DNA from: Phoronis australis
Taxonomy: Eukaryota; Animalia; Phoronida
Direction of reading: 5' to 3'
Length of the DNA: 41,730 nucleotides
Assembly: GCA_002633005.1 (NCBI GenBank)
Contig: NMRA01001113.1
Location: forward strand, 11,910-53,639
The notes under the pieces were generated by a model, which made no database searches, was not told the origin of the DNA, and saw only the letters and a list, made by a program, of their open reading frames with translations. Made by a program: the position numbers and the translations under genes. The first letter of the stretch is position 1. Every line of letters begins with the position of its first letter. Shown here piece after piece: positions 13,315 through 24,755 of this stretch.

Positions 13315-16300
13315 CTGTAAAACATAATCAATCATATTTTCGCACCTTTTTCGAGGATTCAATCTTATGCTTGCACATTAAAAATATTCTTTCCATTTCT
13401 TTTCAAATAAGAACTTATGAAAGGAACTTAGCTGCAATCCAATCTGCTTTCAACTTAGTTTTGAACCAAGCTTTTTCAACACGCAATCCTGGCAAAAGTA
13501 ACGGATTTAAGCACAAAATTTTCAATTTTTTGGAATTTCTTGAAGTGCTCCAACAAAATGTCCACCACAGTTAAATGGCGTTGAATAGCAAGTGAAAAAT
13601 CTCAAACACATGCATGACTAATATTCCTATTTTGAATGTCTCTCGATAAGTGAAACTCTTTCAGTGTTCCGAAATGGTGAAAATAAAGGGAAAACTGCCA
13701 ACAATCGTTTCCAAGGGAATCTGTAATTGCACCAGTGGTGAAATTAACTCAAAATGCTTCTTTTCTAATTCAAATTAAACTTAGGACTTCTCGTCAGTTA
13801 TAATCAAGTCATAAGTTAACAGAAATTTGTTTCAAACACGTTATCGCTGCTAAGTTGATTTTTCTTACTTAATCCAACGTCCACAATCTGCGTTTAGTCT
13901 TTCGAAATCATCGCGCTCAAGATTTTCGTCCACTACCTGGAGCAGCTGGTAATGAAGTTCTCTTGCGTCCGTGTCCTGAATGTCTAACAACAAGTTATTG
14001 ATCACATCAGTATGCATTACCTTATCGGCACATGTTTAACACAGAAACAACAAAAGTAAACACATAAAATAAAATGCTAAGCTATATCTTTTTGCGACGG
14101 CAGCAAAAAATTTAGGCAAGCTAAATAATTGAAATGGTAACTTCAACACGTTAACGTTTACTACACATGGTATGAAAACACAGTACACTCTACGTTTTCA
14201 GCCAAAATGATAAAGTGTGTAATCCTGCTGCGCTGAATTTGCATGCGACATTAGTGCTGACCAATCGCGCTTGTATTTATTATTCCGCTTTGTAGTCATA
14301 CCATAAAATGAGCTTCTTAGAGAAAGTCCAAAGTCGATTACAGGGCGTGGGACTTTTTGTCGCTTCCTTCTGTTGTTATTCATGATACAGCAATAGACAT
14401 TGAAAGCCGAAAAGATTGACAAAATCTTCACCTTTCTCACACTTTGCACGCGATTAAAGTTCTGGACGGAAATTTTCTTGTACTATTGTCGAACGAAAAT
14501 CGAAAAGCAAAACACTTATTGAAAGGGTTTGAAGTATCAGTTAAAGTACAAACTGAACTTTTTGCCAAAGTTATTCAAAAGAATAATTGTATGGTCCTCA
14601 AACTTGAAGTGAGTGTAACTCGGTGCTTTCCAGTCATAGTGCGATCTACCGGAAGTCTCCTGAGGTCGTTGATCTTGATCAACTGGTTACCGTGTGATTG
14701 GCTATTGTACTTTGACTGGGGTCGTTCATTTCCCGAAAAATTTGACCAGACCATTAGCTAATCAGAAGATATCCAGTTGCTGGAGAAGAGAGTCACATAG
14801 TGACAATATTGACAGTCTCACAAGACTTCCGTTAGATCGCAATACAGCTGCAAGACAATTAAGGAATTAAGCTTCCTTTAATGCATATAGTGTATTAGAC
14901 GTATGTGCTAAAAAGATCGACGTAATCTCCCGTGAGCGGGATACACACTTAAACATTACAGTGTATATAATTTAACTTCACCATTGTTTTATCGTCGTAA
15001 CCCCGGACGGGTAGAGGTCATGTACATGTTAACCTATCTGAGAAAATCTCGATAAGTCATTAACCGTTTCTTCCCAGAAAAAATGTCGAGGATTGACAAG
15101 TATGTCCAAGTATTTACCTGCGCCATCATGTGTACGTCCTCCCTGCCTCAGTGTGCAAGAGGGCACCCGTGATGCTTGTGACGTGTTTGGCTGGACAAGC
15201 CCGACCTCTCTTTTCACCTGCGTGTACGTGAAGATAACTAAAATGTTAAAAACTACTCTTAATACGATTAATTGCTGGTGGTTAATTTTTCAAAATGACA
15301 TTAAACAGGTTTCACCAATACCTTGTAGTCTGGATCTTCCGTGGAGAGATGATACGTTTACCAACTTGTAAAACAATTAGTAAAATACAAAAAAGCAGTT
15401 GGAGAAAGTCGGAGCTACTCAAAGTAACGTGTAGCGCCTTTCTATTTTCCTGAATTTTTCGCAAAAACCCGTCACTACTATAATTATATTGTACCTCAAG
15501 AAACACGAATATACTTAATGAACTCTCCCTGACCAACTTACGTCGTGTGACGGAATGAGAATACACCGGAAGTCGTTATGCCTGTGTTCATCATGAGTAA
15601 TGCACAGCTCGCACAAGTCGTAGTTGGGATATTTCAGACACTTGTACCACTTTCCCTGGACAGAGTTCTTGCAACTGTCACACCTAACTTTAGGAAAGGA
15701 CACCTTGACAAAAAGACAACGACAAACTTAAACAGAATAAAAATATTTCATGTTGCACATTTACAGTAACTCTATGTGCATAGCTTCTGTAAGTTCTATC
15801 TTAAAGCAAATGAAGTGTCATGGAACTTTTGGCAAATAATCAGACCCCTCATTGTTATCCCCATTACAAACTTCTAAAATGTGTTTCGAAAAATGCAGGA
15901 TCACGTAAAATCACGCGAGTTAAATATACGCCCGGGAGCTCATTTACCATGCCTAGCAAAAAAGTAAGAGAGGTTTGAATGTTGAATTATGAGGTAGACT
16001 TCACTATTTCCGTTCTGTAAGCGAGGATTTCTCACTGCACGTGTTTCGAAAGTGTCTTGCATCTGTGGAACGCAATCATGATCGGATTTTAACTGAACTC
16101 AACAAGCGAATATTTTATACCGTTAAAATTTACTACCATATGTAAACGCGTCCAACTGGCAAAGAAAGACATGGCGTAAAGGAGTTTTGGTTAAAATAAT
16201 TATCAATAAACATTTGATCAAACAAAATCTCTAGTGTCCTGGTCACCTACTGTACCTCGACCAGATTCTTTGAGATGTACCAGAAGTTATGTTGAGTGTG

Positions 16301-19300
16301 AATGCTTCGGATACCGCACCGGTTGCACAAGTCGTATTCAGAACACTGTTGACACTTGTACCACGGCCTTTGAATTACCTTCATGCAAGCGTCGCATTGC
16401 ACTCGCGGACTTCGTTCCTTATAAAAAATGACACAATTAGGTGCAGACAGCTATTTGTAACGAGGACTGTTTCGTGAAAAGTGTTTTAAAACCAAAGTGA
16501 GACATTTGGCCTTGCGCCCCACACAACTATTTCTGAAAAATAATCAAATCTCGCTTGACAAAGAAATGCAGTCATTGAGAATATTCTTATGTCTGCTAAT
16601 TGCCGAGATTGTGTCCAAAAACTATTTCTAGACTGTGGTGGGCTCATGATTGCTTGGCTAAACCATTTTCAACATCTATGAAGTGAAGCGTAATGAATAG
16701 ACTATCGTATATTTTGATACTGCTGTATAGAAATCTTGCATTACTACAGTTATTGAGCCTGATGCCACAGAAAGGTGCTGGTTCATCTCTGGGGTCTATT
16801 TCCTGTCTCACTAACTCTTGTAAAGGACAGAGCATCTTTAAAATGCATTAGTCGAAAAATCATTGTAATATCGAAATATTGTATACCATGATATCCTGAC
16901 GGTTTGGGAGAATTCATTGAATGGTTTGATAAGAGCACATTAATTGTATATCATTCGATATGACATCGCGAAAACATGTTGATTGGGATAACGAGTGTTT
17001 TTCTTTCGATACTGATTTGGAATAACTGTTTTTAATTCGATATGGCATCGCAAAAACGTTTTGATTGGAATAACGACTGTTTTTGATACGATATGATACC
17101 GCAAAAACATATTGATTGCAATAACGACTAATTTTTCATTTCATATGATACCGCAAAAACATACTGATTGGAATAACGACTGTTTTTCATTGGATTTGAT
17201 ACCGAAAAAACATATTGATTAGAACAACGACTGTTTTTCATTCGATATGATACCCCAAAAACACATTGACTGGAATAGCCACTTTCTTAAGTATATAGTG
17301 TTTTCAAAATCTTAGATTAAGAAAATATAATGACCCGAAAGCCGTTAAAGGAACTTTATGAAAGAACTTCATTGTCGTATTGAGATGGTTAATGCTGTTG
17401 TATTCTTAAAATTTTGACTTCTCAAAGTCGCTTTTCGTTGGTGATGTTCTAACGTCATTTCTATTGGTCTGTTTATATCAAATTAATAGGCTAGAGGTTT
17501 GTATAAATAGGTTAGAGATTTGTATAAATAGGCTAGGGATTTGTATAAATAGGCTAGAGGTTTGTATAAAAAGGTTAGAGGTTTGTATAAATAGGCTAGA
17601 GGTTTATGTAAATGGGCCAACAGATTAGAGAAATGACCTTGAAATGTAGATTTCTCGGCCGCATCGTCTTAAACAATACAGACTGAAAAATAATTTTCAA
17701 TGAATGACATTCTTTCCAAAACTGTTTTGATTATAGACTGTAGCAGGTTGTGATTGGACCTGAAATCTCCTTAAAAACAAGAAAATACCTATAAATAAAT
17801 TCGTTTGATACCCACTTTAGCACACAGCAACTGCAAGTGGCCCTGGTAGTACACTGGAGTGCATTGTAAACCAAGTAGATTTTCGCGACATAAGAAGTAA
17901 CATGAAGTTTTGTCCCACTTCCCTTGATGTCGTGGTGTCATGGCGCATGCGCAGCGGGGGTTGCCTTCGGTTTGTAAGGTCCTATGCTGATTTCCACCAG
18001 CGAGGTTATGCAACGAGATGGCGATATTGTCCCGCGTACACAGCTAACTTGGGAAACCTGCGAGTGGTCTGTTCTACTAACGATTCTTCTACTACTTACC
18101 CCGGCAGTAGAAATGCTGATGTATTGCATAATTTGGTGTTCGTGAATGCCTTGCGTTTGACATAGTTCGCAAAGATCGTAGTTGGGACATTGCAGACACT
18201 TGAAACGGTTTCCACGGATTGGCGACTGCTGGCAACCGTCACAAATCGTTTTAAGATGATGTACCTAAGAATAACGACAAGTTTGAATCATTAAGATAAA
18301 AATCCTGTTGCGACAGTCAGACAGCCATGGATAAGACATTTCGTGTAAAGCCAAACCCATTTTGTGTACGATGGCAACCTTCCAGGCATGATAAGTTTGA
18401 GCCAGAAAAACAGTCGCAAAGGCCGACAGTTGGGCGATTATGAAACACCACCAAATCGGTGTCCATGTATCATATTCGATTAAGTTAAAACTATTTCGCT
18501 GTCAATATGTTCACGATCGTCTGCCGATTGTTGTCGCTACACATCGGACCAGCATAAGTTTCCCATTCACGTTTCAAGCGATTGTCGGCCGATCCCGCAT
18601 TTTGAAGATGAGAAGCTAATGCACCTGCCGAATGTCGCGCGATGACCCATTGGCGTAAGCTGTCAACATGAAATGAACCGACTATCTACAGGGTCCCAGG
18701 GTGTGACAATTCACTCCACCGCCATTTACCAGCCATTAGAGGAGACTCTTGTCACCTGAAAAGATGTATGGTTTCATCGGAACGGAAGTGGGCCATTACA
18801 GATGGAAAGTCATGTGATAAAAAAGACAGGAAAAGTGCGTCAATCGAAGCCATCAGGAAGGGCCCCTTATGTGAAATCGTATCAGTTTATAAATAGGAGA
18901 GGGGCTGTGGTTGGTGATACTACTGAACCTTCCCCCGTGAAGAACCCCTTAATATAAATAATATAAAATTAAACAAACATGTAAGACAGCTGAGTCCATC
19001 ATTTCTTACGACAGAGGGGGCCTCTTGTAGCAGTAGTTTGCGTTTATATCGTATTACAAAAATACAAGACTGCAAATACAACACCAGGATTGAATAAGGG
19101 AAAACACTTTACCCTCAGTTTACATTTCGCTGTCTTACTCAAATTATATTTATGTTTTTGTGTCCTTCTATACCAATACAGTTTTGAAAATCAATACCGT
19201 TTGTTGCTTTTATTAAACAGACTAGTTGCAATTCATCTCGACTAATTCAGTAAATAATGATTTAACAGATATTGACTGAAACTCGAATGATGAGATATGT

Positions 19301-19973
19301 TGTCCCTATTCATATTTTGTTGCCACGAATTACGTAAAGGTTCAAAATGACAAGAATTGTAACTTATTGCATCTGGTTCTAGTGCCTGATCGATTAGACA
19401 ACTGGTGTTACGTTATAGCCTTATAGGGGTCGCGGTCGTCGGACAGCATGGCGGGCCACTGTACACATTTGCAATACACTGATTAGTTTGAGCATGTATT
19501 GCTTTATTATTATCACGTTACAATTGGGACTACAGGGGAAGCGCAAACATTGGCAATCTGGGGCTACAGAGCTTAACGAGGTCAAATTCCCCACACTGTT
19601 CATGTACATATAGCGTAACAATCAACGAAAAGGGCTTCACGGTTACCGCTCAGTTTTCAAAATGTCACTTCGTCTTTACACACCCGGACCCGTGAACCAC
19701 ATTGTGTGATTTCATTTAAATTCACAGTCATATCAAACCAATTCGATGTATAAAATCCATGCAGAATAATTGTCTTGGTGTTGAAATCAACCATAGTCTG
19801 GCCACAGAAAAGTAATAGCACTGACTGGTAACCCAGATCATAGCCTGGCTGGTTCAGTCAGGTAGATGAACAAATAAAGACTCGAAGACCAACATTTAGG
19901 TTATGTTTGTGAAATGTTTGATTTTTTCCTAACAACAACACTTCTAAGACAGAAATGTTACCTCGTCATTCAT
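13125..19973 (-). CDS. Spliced gene: 3x ZZ-type zinc finger + C-terminal death effector domain (DED) protein, 301 aa; join complement(19962-19973,18100-18264,16256-16417,15542-15703,15118-15217,13869-13983,13125-13314)
   Basis: Manual translation. All six introns are GT..AG, phases match (0,0,0,0,1,2), and the joined 906-nt frame is open from ATG to TAG. Three CxxC..CxxC.YDLC..C...H..H ZZ motifs precede a DED-like helical segment. Confidence 0.88.
13869..13983 (-). CDS. ZZ-DED gene exon, DED N-terminal half: (D)IQDTDARELHYQLLQVVDENLERDDFERLNADCGRWI(K)
   Basis: tgttag| ... |gtaaga, 115 nt. Matches the DED helix 1-2 pattern (Y/F..LL..I.ENL...D.E.LK..C...I) of FADD/PEA-15/caspase-8. Confidence 0.85.
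15118..15217 (-). CDS. ZZ-DED gene linker exon: VKREVGLVQPNTSQASRVPSCTLRQGGRTHDGA
   Basis: cgcag| ... |gtaaat, 100 nt. Phase 0 in and phase 1 out, bridging ZZ3 to the DED exon in frame. Confidence 0.75.
15542..15703 (-). CDS. ZZ-DED gene exon, ZZ finger 3: VSFPKVRCDSCKNSVQGKWYKCLKYPNYDLCELCITHDEHRHNDFRCILIPSHD
   Basis: tttttgtcaag| ... |gtaagt, 162 nt, phase 0/0. ZZ motif with the fourth Cys replaced by Tyr. Confidence 0.9.
16256..16417 (-). CDS. ZZ-DED gene exon, ZZ finger 2: ERSPRVQCDACMKVIQRPWYKCQQCSEYDLCNRCGIRSIHTQHNFWYISKNLVE
   Basis: ttttttataag| ... |gtacag, 162 nt, phase 0/0. All Cys/His ligands present; absent from the ORF track. Confidence 0.9.
16953..17282. repeat. Minisatellite, ~51-bp unit, ~6 copies (intron of ZZ-DED gene)
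   Basis: Consensus ttcgatatgataccgcaaaaacatattgattggaataacgactgtttttca recurring at 51-52 nt spacing. Confidence 0.9.
17487..17612. repeat. Minisatellite, 21-bp unit x6
   Basis: taggctagaggtttgtataaa in tandem with few substitutions. Confidence 0.92.
18100..18264 (-). CDS. ZZ-DED gene exon, ZZ finger 1: VHHLKTICDGCQQSPIRGNRFKCLQCPNYDLCELCQTQGIHEHQIMQYISISTAG
   Basis: ttcttag| ... |gtaagt, 165 nt, phase 0/0. Complete ZZ consensus resembling the p62/SQSTM1 and Mind bomb ZZ domains. Confidence 0.92.
19962..19973 (-). CDS. ZZ-DED gene coding exon 1 (MNDE) within a 24-nt micro-exon (19962-19985)
   Basis: aacag|gtttgacagaaaATGAATGACGAG|gtaaca. A at -3, in-frame TGA just upstream, phase 0 donor matching the ZZ1 exon. 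Confidence 0.6.
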
Positions 19974-20188
19974 TTTCTGTCAAACCTGTTATTCTTCACA
20001 AGTGCAACGTAAGTGAACATTTCATCGCAGCCGTATTGATAACGTCAGTACGGTTATTGGGTTTTTCCAAGCTACATACATGTATGTAGGCTATGACGAA
20101 CACTTGTAGACGAACCATTGTTAAAATGTCGATATTGTTCAAGGTACAATGGAAGCAGTTCATACGTACAGTAGGTAACATGTCTTAC

Positions 20189-20245
20189 CTGGTGAAATGT
20201 TTCACGCAATGACTCATTTATTTGTTTCCAATCTTTGCGATCCCG
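20189..20245 (-). other. Candidate upstream (5'UTR) exon of the ZZ-DED gene
   Basis: Strong donor ccag|gtaaga at 20189/20188; the 5' boundary is uncertain. Confidence 0.4.
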
Positions 20246-21188
20246 CTTACAAAATGGTAGTAAGTAAACAGGTATTACGTAAATATTATTAGTGCTAGAG
20301 TTACAATGTGGTGGGAATGGGACTCGCTGGTATTATTTTTGCTTAATCAATAAATCTCTTCATTATCTTACTTTGAAGTTGGCGATTATTGTGCCTGGCA
20401 CTCATTAATTTTAAGCTCATCTTGCATACGGCAGGTGCTCATCGACCGAAGCAGAATTAACGTTTATTGTGCCTGGCGCTCACAGGATTTTTAGAGGCCC
20501 TAACATCGTAAACGTATACATTTTTACGCCTATGCCAGAAGCACTGATCTCAGGTGATGGGTACCCGATTTGGAAGAGCCCCGCCATTGTCAATTTGTGT
20601 ATGGTTCAGGGTGCAGGACCGCACTGAATAAGCGATGTTCAAAGGTAGGTAGCATGCTCGCACCGAGCCTTCGATATGGGGGGCCTCGTATTCCCGACGT
20701 TGTGGACCATTTGCTAACAAAAGAGTGGGAGGACTAAAAAAAGAAAAAAAAAGGAGTATCTCTGTGAATTGCGCGTTTGCTCTTATTTAGTGGACTTTTG
20801 TCCTATTTTCTAGGACTTTTCGTCTCCCGTTTTAATCATTCATTTTGGAGTTTGTTACGCGAGTCCTGGTGTGGAATGTTATGGTCATAAATAGTAGACG
20901 TTCACCACACATTTGCATTGTGTTCAGGGGTGTCCCGCATCAGGTCAGGGGTTAACCTAAGTCAACCGAGATGATAGTCATTAATTGACAGAATATTTTG
21001 GAACTGATGCCAGTATTAACCCTTTGCTTTGGACCGGTACAGAATAACATCCCAGCCACTTGCTTTTTAATGGTAAAAGTTTTCAACTCATGAAATAAGA
21101 GTTGATATCATCTAGACTCGTATTCATATTTTCATGTGTGACACTTTCATGCTGTTATGTGTGACTTGCTTCATAACCAGTATTCTCC

Positions 21189-21740
21189 TTAGCCTTGGTG
21201 CAAAGTTGTTGCTTTGCGCCAATGTGGGTAAAAACACTGACCACAGAAAATTTGACACAAATTCAGTGTCATTAAAAACTACACTTTTCCTTGAGTAAAC
21301 TAAATTATTTAGGTGGTGTTGGAACAATTGGTGTTCTATGTTGTTCTGCTGCTAAAATTTTGGTGCGATCCTTTACATTTACGTCGGCTTTCGGCGCCAT
21401 GTATTATTGCGTCACCTATTGCCCAATTTTTTCCTCCGATTCTTCAATCAACTCAGTGTTCTTTTTTCATGAGGTTGTGTACAGGTGCCACAACAAATTA
21501 GCGGAACTGGTTTCATTTCGTTATACGTTTTTAGTATTTTAATACCAGCAAGCAGAATTTCAGAACAAACTTTGTTGCTCAGAATTTGCCATTACTGTAT
21601 TTCCCGATAGATGCCGCAAAAAACTAGGAAATGTCGCGTGCGCGCGACACGAGGGCACTGTTTTCAAACAAAACGACGACACACAAAAGGCGGAGAGTTT
21701 TGCAAGAAAATGACGCTGATTAGATTGTTTCTCACTTAAA
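21189..21740 (+). repeat. Foldback family A arm, 5' part (continues at 26409-26510 after two nested insertions)
   Basis: Colinear with 5636-6200; the continuation ggcaaggtga...cccagattttgcatgcac resumes at 26413. Confidence 0.8.
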
Positions 21741-24700
21741 CACCCCGGCCAACCCGCCATCGAGAACGACCGGAAGGCGATCGAGAACGAAATTTGGCGC
21801 GAGAACCGAAGCCAGGCAAGGTGAGTAAATTTGACGAATTTTCGTTGTTTTTACTTCCGATATGAAAACAGAGACATGGGTTCAAGGCGTAACACATTGA
21901 GGCCGGGCAGGTAGAGGTTTAGGCTAGTGTCTCTTCCAGTTATAGGAGAAAAGTTACGTTGACCGAGGCATCGCTTAAGCCGAAGGTGATTTGTATGTCA
22001 TTTTGGAAAATTGCCGTTATTTTTGGCACTAAATCAATAAATGGAGTTATGAAGAAATGACGAGTGAAAGTATAACGCAACGCCTGTTTTTTGTAGTTTT
22101 GTCAGGATCTCTGATTTTCCAACGCTTTTCTGCTGAAAGATGCGATCGAGAACGCAACGATAAGCAATCGGGAACGCAAATTTGTGTTTGTTTATGCGAT
22201 CGGGAACGCATCGGGGTGTGTCGAACAGTAATGAAGTTTTTACTTATAAAACGTGAAATGGTTACAAAATAAGTGTGGTGCAATGAATTAATCACATTTT
22301 ATGCCATTACTGTGTTACTTTCGTATCAAAACTGAACAACAGCATAACACATTTCCGGCATTAAATTGCCATGAGCACTACATATGCTTCAAGCATAATT
22401 TTAGTTTCACAAACGAATTTATTTTGATTTCAGGAAACAAGTTCACTGTTATTGTGAGGCGAGCTTCAACGAACATGCTACCCACAACGTGAAGGTACAC
22501 CCTACCAGGGCATCTATGAAACCACTGAGAACAAGGGTTTCTAAACTGAAGACTCACCCAGGAGTTGTTCCATGTGACGTGTCAGCCAGAGGTAAACAAA
22601 TTGTTGCAGTACCGAGATGAAAGCGAGTGTAGAATCTTCTTATAAAATTGTGACAGCAAAAGGAAAAAATAACAGCCAGTGAAGTCAAAGAATGATGATG
22701 AGCTTGCCCATGGGGAGAGAGGGGAGTGCGGCAACAGTCCACGAGATGATCAAAGATTTCCATTCAAAAGGTCTGGGATCTAAAAATTGGCCAGAAGTTG
22801 TGTACACTGGTTTGCTGATAAAATGGGTGGGATTTTACTTGATGTTTTACTGATAACATCGACACCTAGATGAACATAGAGACTTGTGGCACCCATATGG
22901 CTTGAATGTTCGTTGTGTTTGACTCTCCTGTTTTGTAGTCTTGGTCCTAAGTTCACCTGTATCATCAGTTCATTATATCCAGTTTAATGTGACATTAGAA
23001 AAGATTGAGACAGTTATAATACACATACTATATTATGATTTTCTCAAAACGTAGTCAACATGTTGTCATTAACGCCACTTCAACTACACACTGTAGTGAT
23101 TTACACAGGAAATCAACAATATTATATTTGTATTATAATATTAATCTTTTGTCACACATACCTCAAAATTGGTCTTACAAACATTTATAAATTTATTGCT
23201 TTAGGGAAATCAACATAACAAATCCATTGAACATTTCCAAGGAATTACTTTTGTAATGTAATAGACTGAATCATCAATGAATCATAGACAATGTATTTAG
23301 GACTGATTGAAGTATAATAGTCTCTCACAGGAAATCAACAACGATATAAAAGCAATTTCTACAATAATCATAGACATATATTTTCTTTTAAGATACTAAC
23401 CGGCCTGAACAATTTTATGTAAATATGGCCCCTTAATCTACCTAAACACTACAAAAATGTACTGGTTCTGTTAAAGATCCTCTTGAAATAATAACACAAA
23501 TACAGAAAGGAACTTGAGGGAAACAGGTTCAAAACAAAACGTCAAAATACTATCCCATCAGACAACTACTAACCACAAACGCTGTAAATCTGAATAAACT
23601 ATTGTGACTTAACAACCTTCACCACTGGACTTAATGATTTCATTCATGATGTCTCTGCTTCATATGCCTGTAGAAGGAGGCATACTGTTTGCATGGCATG
23701 CCACATTCACCACAAAAAGAAGTGTCCTCGTGCTGTGACGCAGTGTCGCATCAGGCTCACTCTTTCCGTGAAACATTGATCACAGCATTATGCTGCATGT
23801 TGTGTTTTACTATATTGGTAAAAAACTCTTGACACATGCAACGTGTCAATCACAGGGCTGGTAAAGGTCTTGCTTTGTTGTAGTGTCACTGTGTTTTATT
23901 GCCATCAAAGATTTTATACATGTAGTTACCTGTATCTTTGTTGCCATGCGGTCTGCATACTAAGTCGATTTCTTAGTTCCTGAACGAGGCTCCACAATAT
24001 ACACACGCACACACTCCTTTGTGACATGCAGCAGTTGTACTACTCTTTTTTGATGGCGTGGACGTTAACACCCTGAAGGACTCCTCATGAGGCTACAGTT
24101 CAACCTGAAAAAAATCAAACGCATTCAGTTTGCTAGGCTAAATCTCACTTAGAAATCATGAAAAAACGATGAAATGTAATTAATAACCAACCCATCAACT
24201 CATTCAGGCTCCGTATTATTCTACACTGTACATTATTGACATAATACCGTAACTTGAACGAATATTCAGGCCAATTCAGAGAAAAAAATGTGCGTTCACG
24301 ATCGCAATAGAGAATTACCGACATCGTTCCCGATCGCCGTCTCTTGTATTGGTAAATATCTCAAATTGTTTCACAAATCATAACTAACAATGGTGTCACC
24401 AGGGACGATTAAATTATGAACGTCACACGTTTCTTCTTGAGAACCCTTGAATTGCTAATAACAAGTAGAAATTGTCGATTTTACGAGGCGCAAGGCATTT
24501 TAACGAAAGCCATTGCTTTCTGAGCTCTTTATTTTAAAGAATAAGCAAAAGCCAAGTATTATTTCAGATCCGCAACAAAGGTTACACTTTGACGCTTTTT
24601 TGTGTGTAGCATTCGTACCAAAGTGGCCTGTATTTAAGCAGAAAATGACACTTAAACTCACCGGGTACGTTACTGTCGTCTGCCATTTTTGGTGCAATGT

Positions 24701-24751
24701 CTCTTTCTCGATCGCCTTCCGGGCGTTCTCGATCGCGGGTTGGCCGGGGTG
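21741..24751. mobile_element. TIR DNA transposon derivative with CAC...GTG ends (CMC/Transib-like ends; family uncertain)
   Basis: 47-bp TIR CACCCCGGCCAACCCGC(C/G)ATCGAGAACG(A/C)CCGGAAGGCGATCGAGAA with 2 mismatches; flanked by TTAAA on both sides; interrupts a foldback-family copy. Confidence 0.8.
23640..23795 (-). pseudogene. Degenerate C2H2 zinc-finger remnants inside the CAC..GTG element
   Basis: CCDQCFTERVSLMRHCVTA followed after a frameshift by FCGECGMPCKQYASFYRHMKQRHHE*. Confidence 0.55.
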
Positions 24752-24755
24752 TTAA

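Noticed and set aside
16953-17612. Regularly spaced repeats resembling a CRISPR array
   Set aside because: No unique spacers, eukaryotic intron context and no cas genes; these are minisatellites.
22433-22900. Possible RAG1/Transib transposase remnant inside the CAC..GTG element
   Set aside because: The translated fragments contain no convincing catalytic motif; the similarity is too weak to call.
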